From: Camelus ferus
Lineage: Eukaryota
DNA length: 64,000 nt
Assembly (NCBI RefSeq): GCF_009834535.1
Contig: NC_045696.1
Coordinates: 113,028,001 to 113,092,000 of the forward strand
Direction of reading: 5' to 3'
The notes under the pieces are model-generated. The model was not told the DNA's origin. It was given only the letters and a program-made list of their open reading frames with translations, and did not search any database. How positions within the stretch are numbered: position 1 is the stretch's first letter; every line of letters starts with the position of its first letter. Positions 1 to 12,460 of this stretch are shown here, piece after piece. The position numbers and the translations under genes were made by a program.

Positions 1-714
1 ATTTTTAAACAAGTGGCTCTCATTTTCACTTTCTCCTGGGCCTTGCTAATGTGGCCAGTTCTGGGAGACACTCAAGGGAGAGAAAGTGTGGAAGGAACGG
101 CCCGCCTTACTTCTCCAAAATAACACATGTAAAGCAGAGGGAAAGGAGAGAAGGATTCAGGTTTGTTGAGCACCAATTGTCTGTTGGGTGTGTATCCATG
201 TCATTTTCACACTCATTAATTAATTTCAACTCCAGAATAATTATCAGAGGTAAATAAGTTCATCATTTTATAAACACGGAAACACGTTCTCCTCTGAGAG
301 GTGAGGCCATTTGCAGAAGGTTCCACTGTTGGGAGGAGGTGGTGCTCGGACTCATGGCCAAGCGTGCCTGACTTCTTGGGTCTTACTCCTTTAACCCCTC
401 CAGGTTGCTCCAGGGGTGAGATAAAAATATACATATATACCTACTCCTCATGGGTTTATTATTATGAGGTGATTTTCCACCTTTGCAGAAATAGATTAAG
501 CTATGATTAAAGTTTTCAGTAATGTAGAATTGCCCTCTGCAAAACTTACTAACTTATTTTTGGTTGAGCCTGACCTAATGAAAGGTTCCCAAAGATGGAA
601 GCTGCGATATGTAAATATGATCAAGATATGACAGCAGTATTACTGGACAAAGGACTCTGCAGTGTTATTTTTATAAACAAATTGCGTCAAGGTTCTTAAA
701 TCTTTGAAGAGTAA

Positions 715-830
715 CAAACTAGGAGTCCAGAGACCTGAGCTCTACATTTGGCTTTCTGTAAACTTGGGTAAGTCATTTGACTTCTCAGAGTCTCAACTCT
801 GAATTGGAAGAGGAGGATCTTACAGCTGTG
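715..830 (+). mobile_element. MIR SINE fragment
   Basis: ggagtccagagacctgag...aacttgggtaagtcatttgacttctcagagtctc matches the MIR core. Confidence 0.65.
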
Positions 831-1529
831 GTCAAAAAGGTTCCATCATAATTAGAACCCTAAGGAGAATTCTTTTTTATGCCTGAAGCAGGAAGCCTTG
901 ATAGGCTTTGCATTTAGAGGCAGGTCCTTAAGTGAGAGGGAGGAGAGGAAAGAAAGTAGGGAAAGGACCCTTTCCCCTTGAGCAGGCTGGCTTTCTCACC
1001 CTGTCCATGTGCCTTTGGCCCTGTCTGCCTTCAGTAGGCCCAGTTGCTTGTCTGGGATGGCAGTGAATCTGCCACCAAGCTGGGAGAGGTGGTGCTTGCT
1101 GAGGAGGGAGATGAGAGGAGCTGTAAGTTCACCTAGTGTTTCTCAATCATGATTTAACCCTTTTGCTTTCTATTTCAATGCCTTGTGGTCAAGGACCTGA
1201 TGGCTGTGTTCTAGCTATTGCTCTACAGTTGACTGCGAGTGGTTTCATGGTTATGGGTCTATGCTCAGCTGCCAGAGCGCCATGTTGATAAATGATGGCT
1301 GTCATGGGCACTGGGTGTTTGGAGAATGACAGATGGGGCTCATATCCCATCTAGTGGATAGTGGCCATCCCTAGCTTAACATAGACTTTCCAAAAATATT
1401 TCTTGGATGACTGAACAGCCATTTCTGTCAGTGTTAACTATTGTACCTATGAGAAAAGTTGTAGACCCATAAGTTGGCTAAGAAGATTCTAGAAAATTTA
1501 GGGCATTGTCCTATATAAGTGAAATAGTG

Positions 1530-1720
1530 GAGTTTCTCTTGATTTCTCAGGATGTGGGTCACAAAACATTTGCATAAGATTCACCTAGTGAGCTTGTTTA
1601 AAGTACAGATTACTGGGCCCCATCCAAGACTTTCTAAGTCAGATTCTTTGGAGGCTAAGACCCAGGAATCTGCATTTTCACAAGTGTCCTCAGTGACTGT
1701 GTCTGTGTATACTGAAGTTG
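1530..1720. mobile_element. MER5A-like hAT DNA transposon
   Basis: cttgtttaaagtacagattactgggccccatcc...cccaggaatctgcattttcacaag. Confidence 0.75.
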
Positions 1721-2699
1721 GAGCATGCCATATAAGACTGGGTAATTTTTTAAACTGGCAATATTTTCATTTATCACATCAGAATCTCGACCAAGAAGCC
1801 ACTTTGCAAATGGTGCTGCAAAAAAGATTATAACTACACAGTGTGAGTAAATTCTTCAGGGTTCAGTGTGGGGGATCTAGATATGTAAAACTGAAGGGCA
1901 AATAAAGCCTTCTTTAAAAAGTTTCAGAGTTGTAGTTTAACCAAGTGACTCTACGTAAGGTCACAGAAAAATGATCTGGTTTTTAATCCACATACCTTTG
2001 ACATGTGTGTGTGTGGACATAAATGTGCAAACCATGGAAGGAGAACAGGGTCATAGGAGACTACAGCAAAGATTGAAGGCTGGCATCTCCTAGAAGAATG
2101 ACCAGCTTCCAGGAGATAATTAGACAAGTAGGCATAGGTGAGAACAGGGAAGAAAAAAGGAGAAATAAGACAAACACATAAAGGCCTTGAGAAAAAGAAC
2201 TCCACCTCAGACAGTCACACGACTGTGTTGGCTTTGGACCAGGCAACCCGAGAGTGAATCCGCGTCTGCCGCTTACCCAGGCCTGGGATGATGGGTGGGT
2301 TACCTCCTCCATCTAGATCCCTCATTCTTCATCTGTGAGATTGTATGATGATAGAACCAGCATGATCAGCGACCCAGGTGGTGGTGAGGGTTAACCAGGA
2401 AAACAGCCTGAAGGGCTGGCGTGTTACCAGCTGTCAGTGGCATCCATGGGAGAGGGGCCAACGCTACAATGACTTCCTCTTTTGAAGCATGGCTAATCGA
2501 CACTGCTATTTTCAGGAGGGGTCATTTTTCTGTGAATGCAAGTGTTGATTTCACAGGAGACTCAGCTGCTCCTCCATGAGGAAACCTTTTCAGAAAGACA
2601 AGAGGGTTCTCTAATTGGGATCACTGGCCCCTAGAATTAGCTTGCAGTCCAGGGATCCTGCCTGAGGAGAAGCCAAAAGTTAGGTGATCCCAAGGCAGA

Positions 2700-3000
2700 C
2701 TTAATTATGTAGTTAACTGATTCGACAGAAATATTTGGGGCCTGAACCTGTCCTTACGTGTCAGCCCGCAGTTCCTGCCCTACAGTTGCCCACAAGCTTG
2801 TAGGTGGCGATAGGAACACAGAGAAAATGCTGACTAGCCATAGACTCTCTCCAGAAGCAGGGGAAGAGGGAACTTTACTGATGAGAAGATGTTTGAATTT
2901 GGATTTGAAGGATGAATACAAGTTTTCCAGGTTCCACTTGGGGAAGCCATGTCAGGCAAAGGCTAGAGTGTTTTCAGTTGTATGGACTATGAACCACTGA
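2700..3000. mobile_element. L2 fragment
   Basis: Degenerate L2 3' region: ttgaatttggatttgaaggatgaatacaagtttt. Confidence 0.45.
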
Positions 3001-3809
3001 GGGGTGAGTGAGACTGAGTAGTGGATTTCACTTTCTGCTCTAGTGCCGTGGATGTGGACAGTGGGCAGTTGGTTCTTGGCGGGTTTGCCAGCCAAGGCTT
3101 AAGGATTTTAGTTTAATTACAGCAGCCTCATGGAAGGGATGGAAGAACAGCTCTGCTTCAGAGGCAGAAGTGGCTAAATTCCCGGTGACAGATTTGCAAA
3201 GTCGATCCAACATAGTGATGGGAAACTTTCCCATAAGCTCTTTATCTTCAACTGTCTTTTAAAGTCAAGACGTCCAAGAAACTTAAGAACTGTTTCCCAG
3301 TTCCAGAATCAGAGGCCAGACAGAAACATTCTGGTGGGATTGACATTCCGTCCTCCCTCATTTATTTTACATCTTTAGGGTGTTCTCCCCAGCATACTTA
3401 CATAAACACACAATGATAGATGTTTAATGAATCCCCACTTAAACTATAGAAAATGTGCTTTATTAATAGGCCACTTCAATTTTGAGGGCCATCCAATCAG
3501 ATAAATTAGCCATAATTCTGTGTTCGTGTGTGTGTGTGTGTGTGTGGTTGGTTTACAAAATGAAACAATGAAGAGTAAATATATATGCATAAATACAGAT
3601 TTAAGAACTGCCCTTTGTGCTCATCAAAATACTTTTTCTCTAAGACAAAAGAAATGTTATGTTTTCCTATTTAAAAAGAGTTTTTGATTGAACTGAGTCC
3701 ATGTTCAAAACCATTAAATTCAGACCAGTGTCCAGTGTCAACTTCTCCACAGAAATAAACTCGATCTAGTCCACTGAGTCTCAAAATTCAGCCCGTTATC
3801 CAATTCAGC

Positions 3810-3950
3810 TGAGGGGCTAATTAGAATGTCGGCTCCTGGGCTCACCTAAGGAGACCGTTCAGGAGGTCTGATGTCATGCCCAGGAATCGGCACTTTTAAC
3901 AACCCAGAGACTTTGATCCAAGTGATCTAAGTATCAGAATTTGAAAAACA
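3810..3950. mobile_element. MER5A-like element
   Basis: cccaggaatcggcacttttaacaacccag...aatttgaaaaacact. Confidence 0.6.
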
Positions 3951-4115
3951 CTTTAGCCCTTCTTGCCTAGAGAGTTCACTTAAAAGTCAGACGAGGTTAA
4001 TAGGTTGCTTGATGAATTAGAGCAATGCCGCAGATTGTTCTGAAGGGGGAGTCCTGGTTGAGGCCAAAGAACCACTCATTAAACAGCTGGATTTGTCTTT
4101 TACCATCAGAGGGCT

Positions 4116-4530
4116 TTACGCACGTAGGCCCCCAGGGAAGGCTAGCTGATTCTTGTCCTTTTTCTCCTCTTTTTCATTCTTTTCACTGCTCATTAGCTCT
4201 TCATCCTGCAAATGCGGTTCCCAAAAGGCAGCCCGCAGTGAACTTTGGAAGGCACTTGGAGGCCCTGAATACATCTTCACCTCATCAGCCATCCATTTAT
4301 ACATATTATTCTGGGGAAGGCTCCTTCTGGCTACTTTATTCTATTCCATGTGACTTCCTAGTAGTGAACTTGGCCTGTCTGGATTCAAGTATCTTGTCTC
4401 TTCTAAACTTGCATCCTTATCTCCTTTGCTGTATCTATGCCTTGCAGATCCTTTAATCCATATGAAAGCACTTGAGGGAAGAAGTTATATTTCTATAAGG
4501 CAGTGTCATTCACATACTCTTTATATGCCT
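4116..4530 (-). pseudogene. TM remnant and cytoplasmic tail of the cadherin pseudogene
   Basis: Frame 4470-4116 reads AFIWIKGSARHRY...MYKWMADEVK...EKNEKEEKKDKNQLAFPGGLRA* with one internal stop. Hydrophobic end (CLIEI*LLPSSAFIWI) is followed by basic residues (KGSARHR), as after a type I TM helix. Confidence 0.5.
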
Positions 4531-4699
4531 CAGCATAACTGACCTGGAATTTTGCAGTTGTGTTTTTGAATGTCTGGCAAACTAATTTTCTGAAACAATT
4601 TTGATTTCAAATATTTCATTCCATGGACCACTTTGAACACATATGCATACTTCTTAGAATATGATTATAGGTTATTGGTTCAGAAACTAGAGTCATTAA

Positions 4700-5760
4700 G
4701 CATCAACTATTTTACACAAAATCCAATGGAGTTCAAGTATTGTTAAATAAGATAAGATCATATTAAAAAATCCATCTTATCCATTCAACATTTTCATAGC
4801 AAAGGCATACTTGAAAAAATGTATTTTATAATTCTACATCTATTGTTGTGGGTTTCTGGAACCCCTTAATTTGAAACAAATTTTTATTTTGTTATATGAG
4901 AATGGCAGTTTCTTAATGGCTTATAGTTCAGATTTCTTGGACTGATTTTTTTTTTCTCTTTCAACTAAATATTTATTGGATTCTTTAAAAATTACCCCAA
5001 TAACAGTACCAAAACCAAAATGGCTTCTGCAGTATTGGGATCCAGGCCTTTTCCTCAGAGAGACAAACAAATATTTATCCAAAACTAGACAGATAGTTAA
5101 CTTGACTAGAGAGCATTAAGTTAACATTAGAGTCAATCCTTCAAAATCAAAAAGGGATAGATTCTTTATGAGACTTAACCTGATAAGAACTGTGAAGGGT
5201 CTGAAATTTTTAGCCCACTGGCAAGCTAAAAAGTTAGTCTGCCACAGTTTAGTGAATGAGGGTAAAAAACACGATACTCTTGGGTCAGAGACGAAGGAGA
5301 GCTTGTTACTCATAGCATTAGCAGTAGCCATAATATCATCATTTTCTTGCGTCTGTTCCCTGAGTCCTGGTTCCCACAAGGTGATGCAAAGAGGTCCAGG
5401 TAACACCTGAAGTGAGTTGCATTACTAGGAGTCCTGAGTTTAGGGCACTCAAATCTTTTGTAATAGGCTCTAAGCATACCTGGCCTTTAATGTAGCAAGA
5501 GACCTTCTCTTTCCTCCAAGTCTGTTCACTGCACAGACGTCCTTGAAAAGCTGGTCTGCAACAAAGGCAATCAGTATCTCTTCTCACAAGACTTGCAGAA
5601 ACTTGAAAGACCCATGGAGAATTGTCCCCCAATTATACCGTGAAAAATACTTAGCTCTTGAATACATGTATTTGAGCCTTTTGGGAATACATTTCAGCAA
5701 ATGCTGTTTTATTTTAGGTAGGCTTACTGGCTAACACAGTTTTGTAGGAAATCACTCCCT
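4700..5760 (-). pseudogene. Last EC repeat and membrane-adjacent domain remnant, interrupted by LTR40
   Basis: SYKTVL (5.74 kb), then LTR, then RIDSNVNLMLSSQVNY, DKYLFV, DPNTAEAILVLVLL, then VIGVIFKESNKYLVEREKK, which resembles the start of the CDHR2/PCDH15/CDH23 membrane-adjacent domain. Confidence 0.5.
5181..5632 (-). mobile_element. LTR40-like ERVL solo LTR
   Basis: Reverse complement starts ggggacaattctccatgggtct..gtttctgca and ends tcagacccttcacagttcttatca, as recalled for LTR40. Confidence 0.75.
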
Positions 5761-5810
5761 CTACCAAAATGGATTACATTTGTAAAGGGCATTGGTAATA
5801 CAGTACTCAC

Positions 5811-6200
5811 GGAAATCTTTGTTTTTATTTATTTTCCTGCAAATATAATGCGTCTGTACCCAGGATATAACTGATGGGCTGACTATTCCATATTTGCCCC
5901 ATTAAGTGATAGTTTAATGTCAGGGATTATAACTGCTTCATGATTAAGTGTTCTCAAAGACAAAATTCAAAACTGATTTCTCTAGAAACATTTACGCATA
6001 CCCTGAACCAGCAATTTTTTTGTGTATTTGTTTTTTTTTTAACATTATGTAATGTAGTTCTGCTTAGATGACCATGGGAAAAGTTTTATTTATGTAACTT
6101 TTTCTTGGTCTGAATTACCACACAATTATTTCAACCTGTTTTCCCTGTATTGTGTTGTAGAGTTTCTAAGACACGGATATGTACTGTTTACTTAGCATAC
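5811..6200 (-). pseudogene. Cadherin pseudo-exon (one EC repeat)
   Basis: Acceptor tttggtttccttcttcctctgtctttccag and donor gtgagt. Reads YAK*TVHIRVLETLQ ... LRTLNHE (LDYE-like) ... LYLQENK*KQRFP. Confidence 0.7.
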
Positions 6201-6299
6201 CTGGAAAGACAGAGGAAGAAGGAAACCAAATAAGTTCTTACTATTAACTTTGGTCTTCCTCTCAAATTGACTTTGTTAAAGTAAACTTGACATACTTAC

Positions 6300-6634
6300 A
6301 CTGGGAGTGATTACTTAACTGTCCCTTGAATCAAGAAAAAGAATTTGCAGGCAACAATCGGCTTTTTTGTTCCTGGAAATACAGATTTTCTTTTCATAAA
6401 GATTCATTTTATTGGCTGTCTATTTTGCTTCATTTCTGCAGTATATTCCTTGAATTCTCTCTAAGCACTAATGCCATCAGGGTTGAGTTGGTGGAATTCA
6501 GTGTTTCCGTTTACTGTTCAAGTGCATTACTACTTCCCTACCATTGCATTTGAAAATGCAAATACACCGTAGGGATGTAGGGAAAGTGTAGCCTCATGTG
6601 TTTCTTCTATTTGACGCCAATTCTGGGTCCCCAG
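6300..6634 (-). pseudogene. Cadherin pseudo-exon (one EC repeat)
   Basis: Acceptor acttcccctag, donor gtaagt, 99-nt intron to the next exon. Reads QIEET ... TVNGNTEFHQLNPDGIS ... FLIQGTVK*SLPV. Confidence 0.7.
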
Positions 6635-6817
6635 CTAGGGGAAGTCATATGTAGATGTAAAGCAGAGATTAAAAAAAAAAAAAAGCAGCTGGTGATATCT
6701 TCCTGTCCTTGGATTGGTCCAGAGGTGGCCAAATACAGTCCTTTCTCATCCTCTTTCTTCCCAGTTCACTCTGCTGAGTGAGTATGCATGTTTAATTCCA
6801 GAGTGACCCAAACTAAG

Positions 6818-7044
6818 ACACAAATGAACTTATTTACAAAACAGAAACAGATGCATAGACATAGAAAACAAGCTTATGGTTACCAGGGGGAAGGGTGTGG
6901 GGAGGGATAAACTTGGAGATTGAGAACTGGCAGATACTAACTACTACATATAAAACTGATAAACAACAAGGACCTATTGTATAGCACAAGCGACTATATT
7001 CAATACCTTGTAATAGCCTCCAGTGAAAAAGAATATGAAAAGGG

Positions 7045-7075
<31 letters not shown>

Positions 7076-7170
7076 CATATATATATAATATATATATATA
7101 TAACTGAATCACTATGCTATACACCAGAAATTAACACATTATAAATTGACTATATTTCAATAGGAAAAAA
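6818..7170 (+). mobile_element. 5'-truncated L1 3'UTR with TSD
   Basis: acaaatgaacttatttacaaaacagaaacag...ttcaataggaaaaaaa; aaactaag occurs on both flanks. Confidence 0.9.
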
Positions 7171-7203
7171 AACTAAGGCCATCCTTGCTTTTAGAGTTCC
7201 CTG

Positions 7204-7319
7204 GTTTTTTTCCTTTAATTTAGGGGGATTTTGGGGGGGGAGGGGAAGGTAATTAGGTTTATTTATTTATTTTTAATGGATGTACTGGGGATTGAACCCA
7301 TTGATCTATACCCTCCCCC
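7204..7319 (-). mobile_element. vic-1-type tRNA SINE, internally deleted
   Basis: gtaattaggtttatttatttat...gtactggggattgaaccc[deletion]..tataccctccccc; TSD ttagagtt(c/t)cctg. Confidence 0.8.
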
Positions 7320-7779
7320 TTAGAGTTTCCTGTACATTATAGCCTATAGAAGAATGATGTGGACCAAGGGTTAGAATATTTGTAGGAAGGAAAAAACTCT
7401 AAGAGAAACTGATAACTGAAGCCCATCATTTTGACGTTTTAGTCTCTAAGGAATAAATGACAAATTGTTGGTAATGCTGCTCTGGTTTTCTCTACTAGCA
7501 AGTTATTATTTGCTGGTTGCAATCAGAACATGAGGGGGTCACTGATTCATTCAAGAAGTCATTCTAACTCAATGGAACATGACCTCAATTTCATCCAATT
7601 ACATTTTAGATCTAGAGGAGACCTAGGAGATAATTTAGGCTCATTTTATAAATGCTTATTGTTAAACCAGAAAGAAGGGACTTGCCCAAGGCAGGTGGGT
7701 AGCCTAGTGATTCAATGGTCTTTCTCCTCACCCGTGATACTTTTGCCAGGGAGCCTGAACCAGCCCTTTCTTAATCACC

Positions 7780-8340
7780 AGTAATAAGTACCTACAGCTC
7801 TGCTATGTTTAAGGGCCACTGCTTTGAGCAACACGGACATGGTTCTGCTCTCAGATTGCTCACCAGCTAGGAAGACCCGTTGAACAATGAGCTGAATTTT
7901 AGCCAAAAGTATTATGAGAGAGTACAACAAAGGGGTGTCAAGGAAGAGTTCCCTGTTTAGCTGGGCCTTAAATGAAAAGAAAATTAATAAAAGCAATAAG
8001 GGAGGGAAGCTTTAATGGTATGTAGCAAGGAGGATGTGATGTTACTAAGATGGGAGAGTCCAAAGAACTTGGATGTCCTGAAAAGCCAGTGGAGCAAGAG
8101 CAGAGAGACAGAAGGGAAGAGGGAAGAATGGCGCAACATGAGGCTGGACAGGTAGGCGGGAGCCGTGTTGAGAATAGAGACATGATGTAAAGAGTTACAG
8201 AGAGTCACTGAAGGGTTTTAAACAGGCAATCTGCGTGCATGGGCACTGACGGCAGAGTGGAGAGGGATATGGTTGGAAAAAGGAAGTGGAGGTAAGATGC
8301 TCCCCGAGTCATCAAACCAATGATGGTGGTGAGAACTGTA
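7780..8340. mobile_element. L2 fragment
   Basis: gagtcactgaagggttttaaacagg and other L2-like purine-rich sequence. Confidence 0.55.
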
Positions 8341-8919
8341 GTGGTGGTGCTTTTGGGTGGTGCTTTCCATTCATAAAGGAGTGACTTTCCTCTGAAGCAT
8401 CCAGTGAGACAAGCTACCCCCAGCTGCTTCCTGCTCCTCCTCTTCCTCCTACCCTCTTCTTTGATTCTTCCAGCTACAACTCTCCTAATTTAGAGCTAGA
8501 ATCCAAATCAGGACCAACCAGGATTTCCTTGCAGCTGAGCACAGCCAGGTCTAATTCATGGCCCCAGGGGTCACACACCACTGTTTCTGTCTCCAGGTTG
8601 GACTCACCATTTGGAAGAGCACAGGGCTACCAGGGGTAAGAGTAGGCAAGAAACAGATATGCTTCATGCCATTTGATTTGTTTATCAGAGCTTTGTTTTG
8701 TTAGGAGATTATTAATACTGTTTTCTTAAGGAAACTTTTTTACTGGATAAAAACAACTTGGAAAATAAAGGAAACTTAGATGAACAAAATCATCCAAAAT
8801 TCCACAATTCAAATCAAATAGCTTATACTTTTGGAATGTTTCTTTCCAGTCTTTTTTTTCTAAGCATATTTTTAGCATATTGGGATCTCACTGGTATGAA
8901 AAGTTTATATACCATTTTT

Positions 8920-9085
8920 ACAGAAATATTGTTAGCATTTTTGAGTGTTCATTGTATGTAAGACACTGAACAGAGTGCTTTGCAAACACTATCAGAATTC
9001 AACCCTTGAAACAACCTTATGAGATAAGATCTATTATTATCCCTTTTTATAAGTGAGGAAACTGAGTCATAGAAAGATTAAGCAA
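8920..9085 (-). mobile_element. MIR
   Basis: acaaccttatgagataagatctattattatccctttttataagtgaggaaactgag. Confidence 0.85.
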
Positions 9086-9214
9086 TTTTTAACAGCTTTA
9101 TTGAGGTATAATTTTTTTATTGAAGTATAGTTGATTTACAATGTTGGGTTAGTTTCAGGTGTACAACAAAGTGATTCAATTATGCATATACATATATATG
9201 TGTGTGTGTGTGTA

Positions 9215-9245
<31 letters not shown>

Positions 9246-10352
9246 TCTTTTTCAGATTCTTTTCCATTACAGTTATTGTAAGATATTGAATATAGTCCCC
9301 TGTGCTATACAGTAAGTCCTTGTTGTTTGTCTATTTTATATATAGTGGTGTATATATGCTACAAACTCCTAATTTATCCCTCCCCCCCACCCCTTTGGTT
9401 TGTTTTCTATGTCTGTGAGTCTATTTCTGTTTTGTAAATAAGTTATTGAGGTATATAATTGACATACCATGAGCTGCACATATTTAAAATCTACAATTTG
9501 ATAACTTTTGACATATGTATATATCTGGAAGTCTTCACCATAGTCAGAGTGATGAACTTAATTGTCACCCCCAAAGTTTCCTCTTCTCCCTTAGTTATCC
9601 CTTCTCCCCACAGGACCCATCCCTAGGCAACCAGAGAGCTGTTTTCTGTCACTATAGATTAGTTTGACTTTTCTAGAATTGTGGACTCATTCAATGTGTA
9701 TCATGTTTGTTGTCTGGTTTCTTTGACTCAGCATAATTATTTGAGATTAATCCATGTTGTTGCATGTACCAGTAGTTCTAATAGTACTAATTCTTATGGC
9801 CAAGTGGTATTCCATTGTATGGATAACACAATTTGTTTATCCATTCACCTGCCAATGCACATTTGGATTGTTTCCAGTTTTTGGCCTTTACCAATAAAAC
9901 ATCTATGAGCATTAGTATACAAATCTTTGTGTGGGTACATGCCTCCGTTTTTCTTGGGTAAATACTTTGGAATGGAATGGCTGGCTCATAGAGTAGGTGT
10001 ATTCAGAATACATAAAGAACGCTCAAGACCCAATAATAAGAAAACGAGCAACCCAAAATAAAAAACAGGCAGAAGTTGTAAACGTACACTTCACCAAAGA
10101 AGATATACAGATGGCAAATAAGCCGATGAAAAGATGCTCAACATTATTAGTCATTAAAGAAATTCAAGTTAAAACCACAATGAGATACCACTGCACCTTG
10201 ATCAGAATGGCTAAAGTGAAGATTGACCATTCCAAGTGTTGGTGAGCAAGTGGAGGGACTGCCCCTCACACTCTGCTGGGGGAAGTGTACAGTGGTACAA
10301 ACACTTGAGAGAATTGATAGTTTCTTAAAAGGTTAAGTGTCAATTTACCATT
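9086..10352. mobile_element. L1MB-like copy with 5' inversion (- 9086-9997, + 9998-10352) and a nested younger L1 3'UTR (- 9113-9442)
   Basis: Orientation switches at ~9997. The nested insert is flanked by ttattgaggtata. Confidence 0.8.
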
Positions 10353-10800
10353 TAAGTTTCCCGTGGCTGCTGTTAACAAATCACTATCAACTTGACAGAT
10401 TAAAACAACAGAAATTTATCTAAGTGCTGAAGTCCAAAATCAAGGTGTCAGCAGGGCTGTGCTCCTTTCAGAGGCTCTAGTGAAGATTCTGTTGTTTGCC
10501 TCTGCCGGCATCTGGTGGTCGCCAGCATTCCTTGGCTTGAGGCTGCCATTATTCTAGTTTCTGCCTCCATCTTTATATCACCTCGTCCTTCTTGATGTCT
10601 CTATCTAAACTCCCTGTGTCTCTTCTAATAGGAAATCATGTCATTATATTTAAGGTCCACTTGCATAATCCAGGATAATCCCTGCTTCTCAGGACCCTTA
10701 ATTTAAGCACATTTTTTTTGCCATATATGATAATATTCACAGGTTCTGGGGATTGGGACCTGGACACATCTTTTAGAGGGGTTACATTCAACACTTACCA
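10353..10800 (-). mobile_element. MLT1 (MaLR) LTR
   Basis: taaaacaacagaaatttat...gaagtccaaaatcaaggtgtcagcagggc...cacaggttctggggatt. Confidence 0.85.
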
Positions 10801-10849
10801 TAAGGAAAATTGTAACCTCATATTATAACCCAAGCACGTTTCCATTTTA

Positions 10850-12000
10850 TGAAAATTCTCTGTAAATATCTTTTCAAATTATCACAGAATTCTTGCTACA
10901 TCAGTGGATGTATCACAATGAACTATCACAACTGTTGAATGTTAAAGAGATTAGGAAGAGATGCATTATTTAAAATAATACTGCAGGAAGCATCTTTGTA
11001 TGTAGAGCTGTTTTTTCTGTATTTTGAGATTTTTTTTCCCCTCTTCATTTTCATAAGTGAGTTCAGTGGGTCAAAAGCTATAATTATGAACTTATTTGTG
11101 CATCTTCCGGAGGGGTAGTACCGATTTACATTCTATCTGGAGTATAAGAAAGTCTCTTTACCTGCTCCTCCCTTTTTAAAGTAAAAATTCTTTTTGCAAA
11201 TTGGTAGGCAGAAAATGGTGTCTTATTTTAATTTGTATTCCTAATGAAATGAGATGCTTTCCTGTATGTTTTAACCAGAGTATTTTTGTTTTCTAAAATT
11301 TTGTGTCCTCTGCCCGATTGTCAATTGGATGATGCTTTTTTAAAACATGATCTTCTATGAACTCCATATAGTTAAAAATAGTGAAAACTCTAGAGAGTTT
11401 GTGTTATGAATGTTTCTCTGAGCCTGTGGTTTGCTTTGGAATTTTGACAAGTTTTGATTTGTGGGGGTTTTAACAAACGAAAGTGTAAATGATCTTGCAC
11501 AGGGACATTCTATTGAGGTTTTCCTTTGTATTTCTCCTGCTGTCGCAGATAACTATTTATCTAATTTTCTCCTAGTTTTTAAAAATCAATCTGTACTTTT
11601 CCTTTGACATATGGAGTAAAGCTGAGATAACAACTAAGTTGTCTGCAACTCTAAATAATTAATTATCTCAAAATCATTTTTATTGAATAATCCATCCTTT
11701 TATTGTTGATTTGTCTTCTTTCTCATTTTTAAAGGTTCTCATATAAACTAGAGTCTGTTAGTAGAATGTTTTTTTCTATCCCATTTGTCTATTTTTGGCC
11801 AATACAAGAGATTTATATTGAAATTTTAAGGTATATTTTAATATCTAGGCAAATCAGGTCATGCAGTAATCATTCACCTCTAATCATGGAAGTCTTTTGT
11901 TTACATACAGTACTGTCATTGCATGTTATAAAAGCCAACAGGCTAGCACATAAATCATCTTGCCAGTAATGTATATCAGTTTTTCTTCTATAAATTAGCA
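10850..12000 (-). mobile_element. Old L1 (L1ME-like) fragments
   Basis: Degenerate T-rich antisense L1 sequence (ttttattgaataatccatcc). Confidence 0.5.
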
Positions 12001-12254
12001 CATGTATTTTTTACCCATTATGATGGAGTACTCTCTATATATAATGTTTACATCCTTCCCTCTCCTGTTCCTATCCTCTACCCAAACCCCCTGCCAGAGG
12101 ATATAGTATATTTAGAAGCGTCCTTGAAACTTTTAAACTGTTTGACAAAAATACTTCCAGCATGCTGATTTTCTCGCCCTCAGTCACAGTAAAGACCAGC
12201 TTCTACTCAGCTCATCAGACCCCAGGTCCCTGCGTTCTGATTTGGTTATTTAGA

Positions 12255-12460
12255 TCAGGCTTTCTCAACCTTGGCACTGTTGACATTGTGGGTTAAAAAA
12301 TTCTCCTTTGTGTCCTATACACAGTAGAATATTTACCAGCATTCCCCCACGAGTTGCCAGTGACACCTCCCCTCCCTGCTCCATTTGTGACAATCAAAAA
12401 TGTCTCCGATATTGCCAAATGTCCCCTCTCATAAAAAATTGCCTGCATTGAGAATGATTC
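12255..12460. mobile_element. MER20 DNA transposon
   Basis: tttctcaaccttggcactgttgacatt...gtgacaatcaaaaatgtctcc..attgccaaatgtcccct. Confidence 0.85.

Noticed and set aside
3402..3443. 42-nt - strand segment between ttttctatag and gtaagt
   Set aside because: Lies beyond the apparent stop of the tail and encodes nothing recognisable; such site pairs arise by chance.
4995..5054. AILVLVLLLG as a TM exon spliced to AFIWI at 4470
   Set aside because: Possible in phase, but its position after KYLF..DP and before a membrane-adjacent-domain-like stretch fits the last beta-strand of an EC repeat better. Unresolved.
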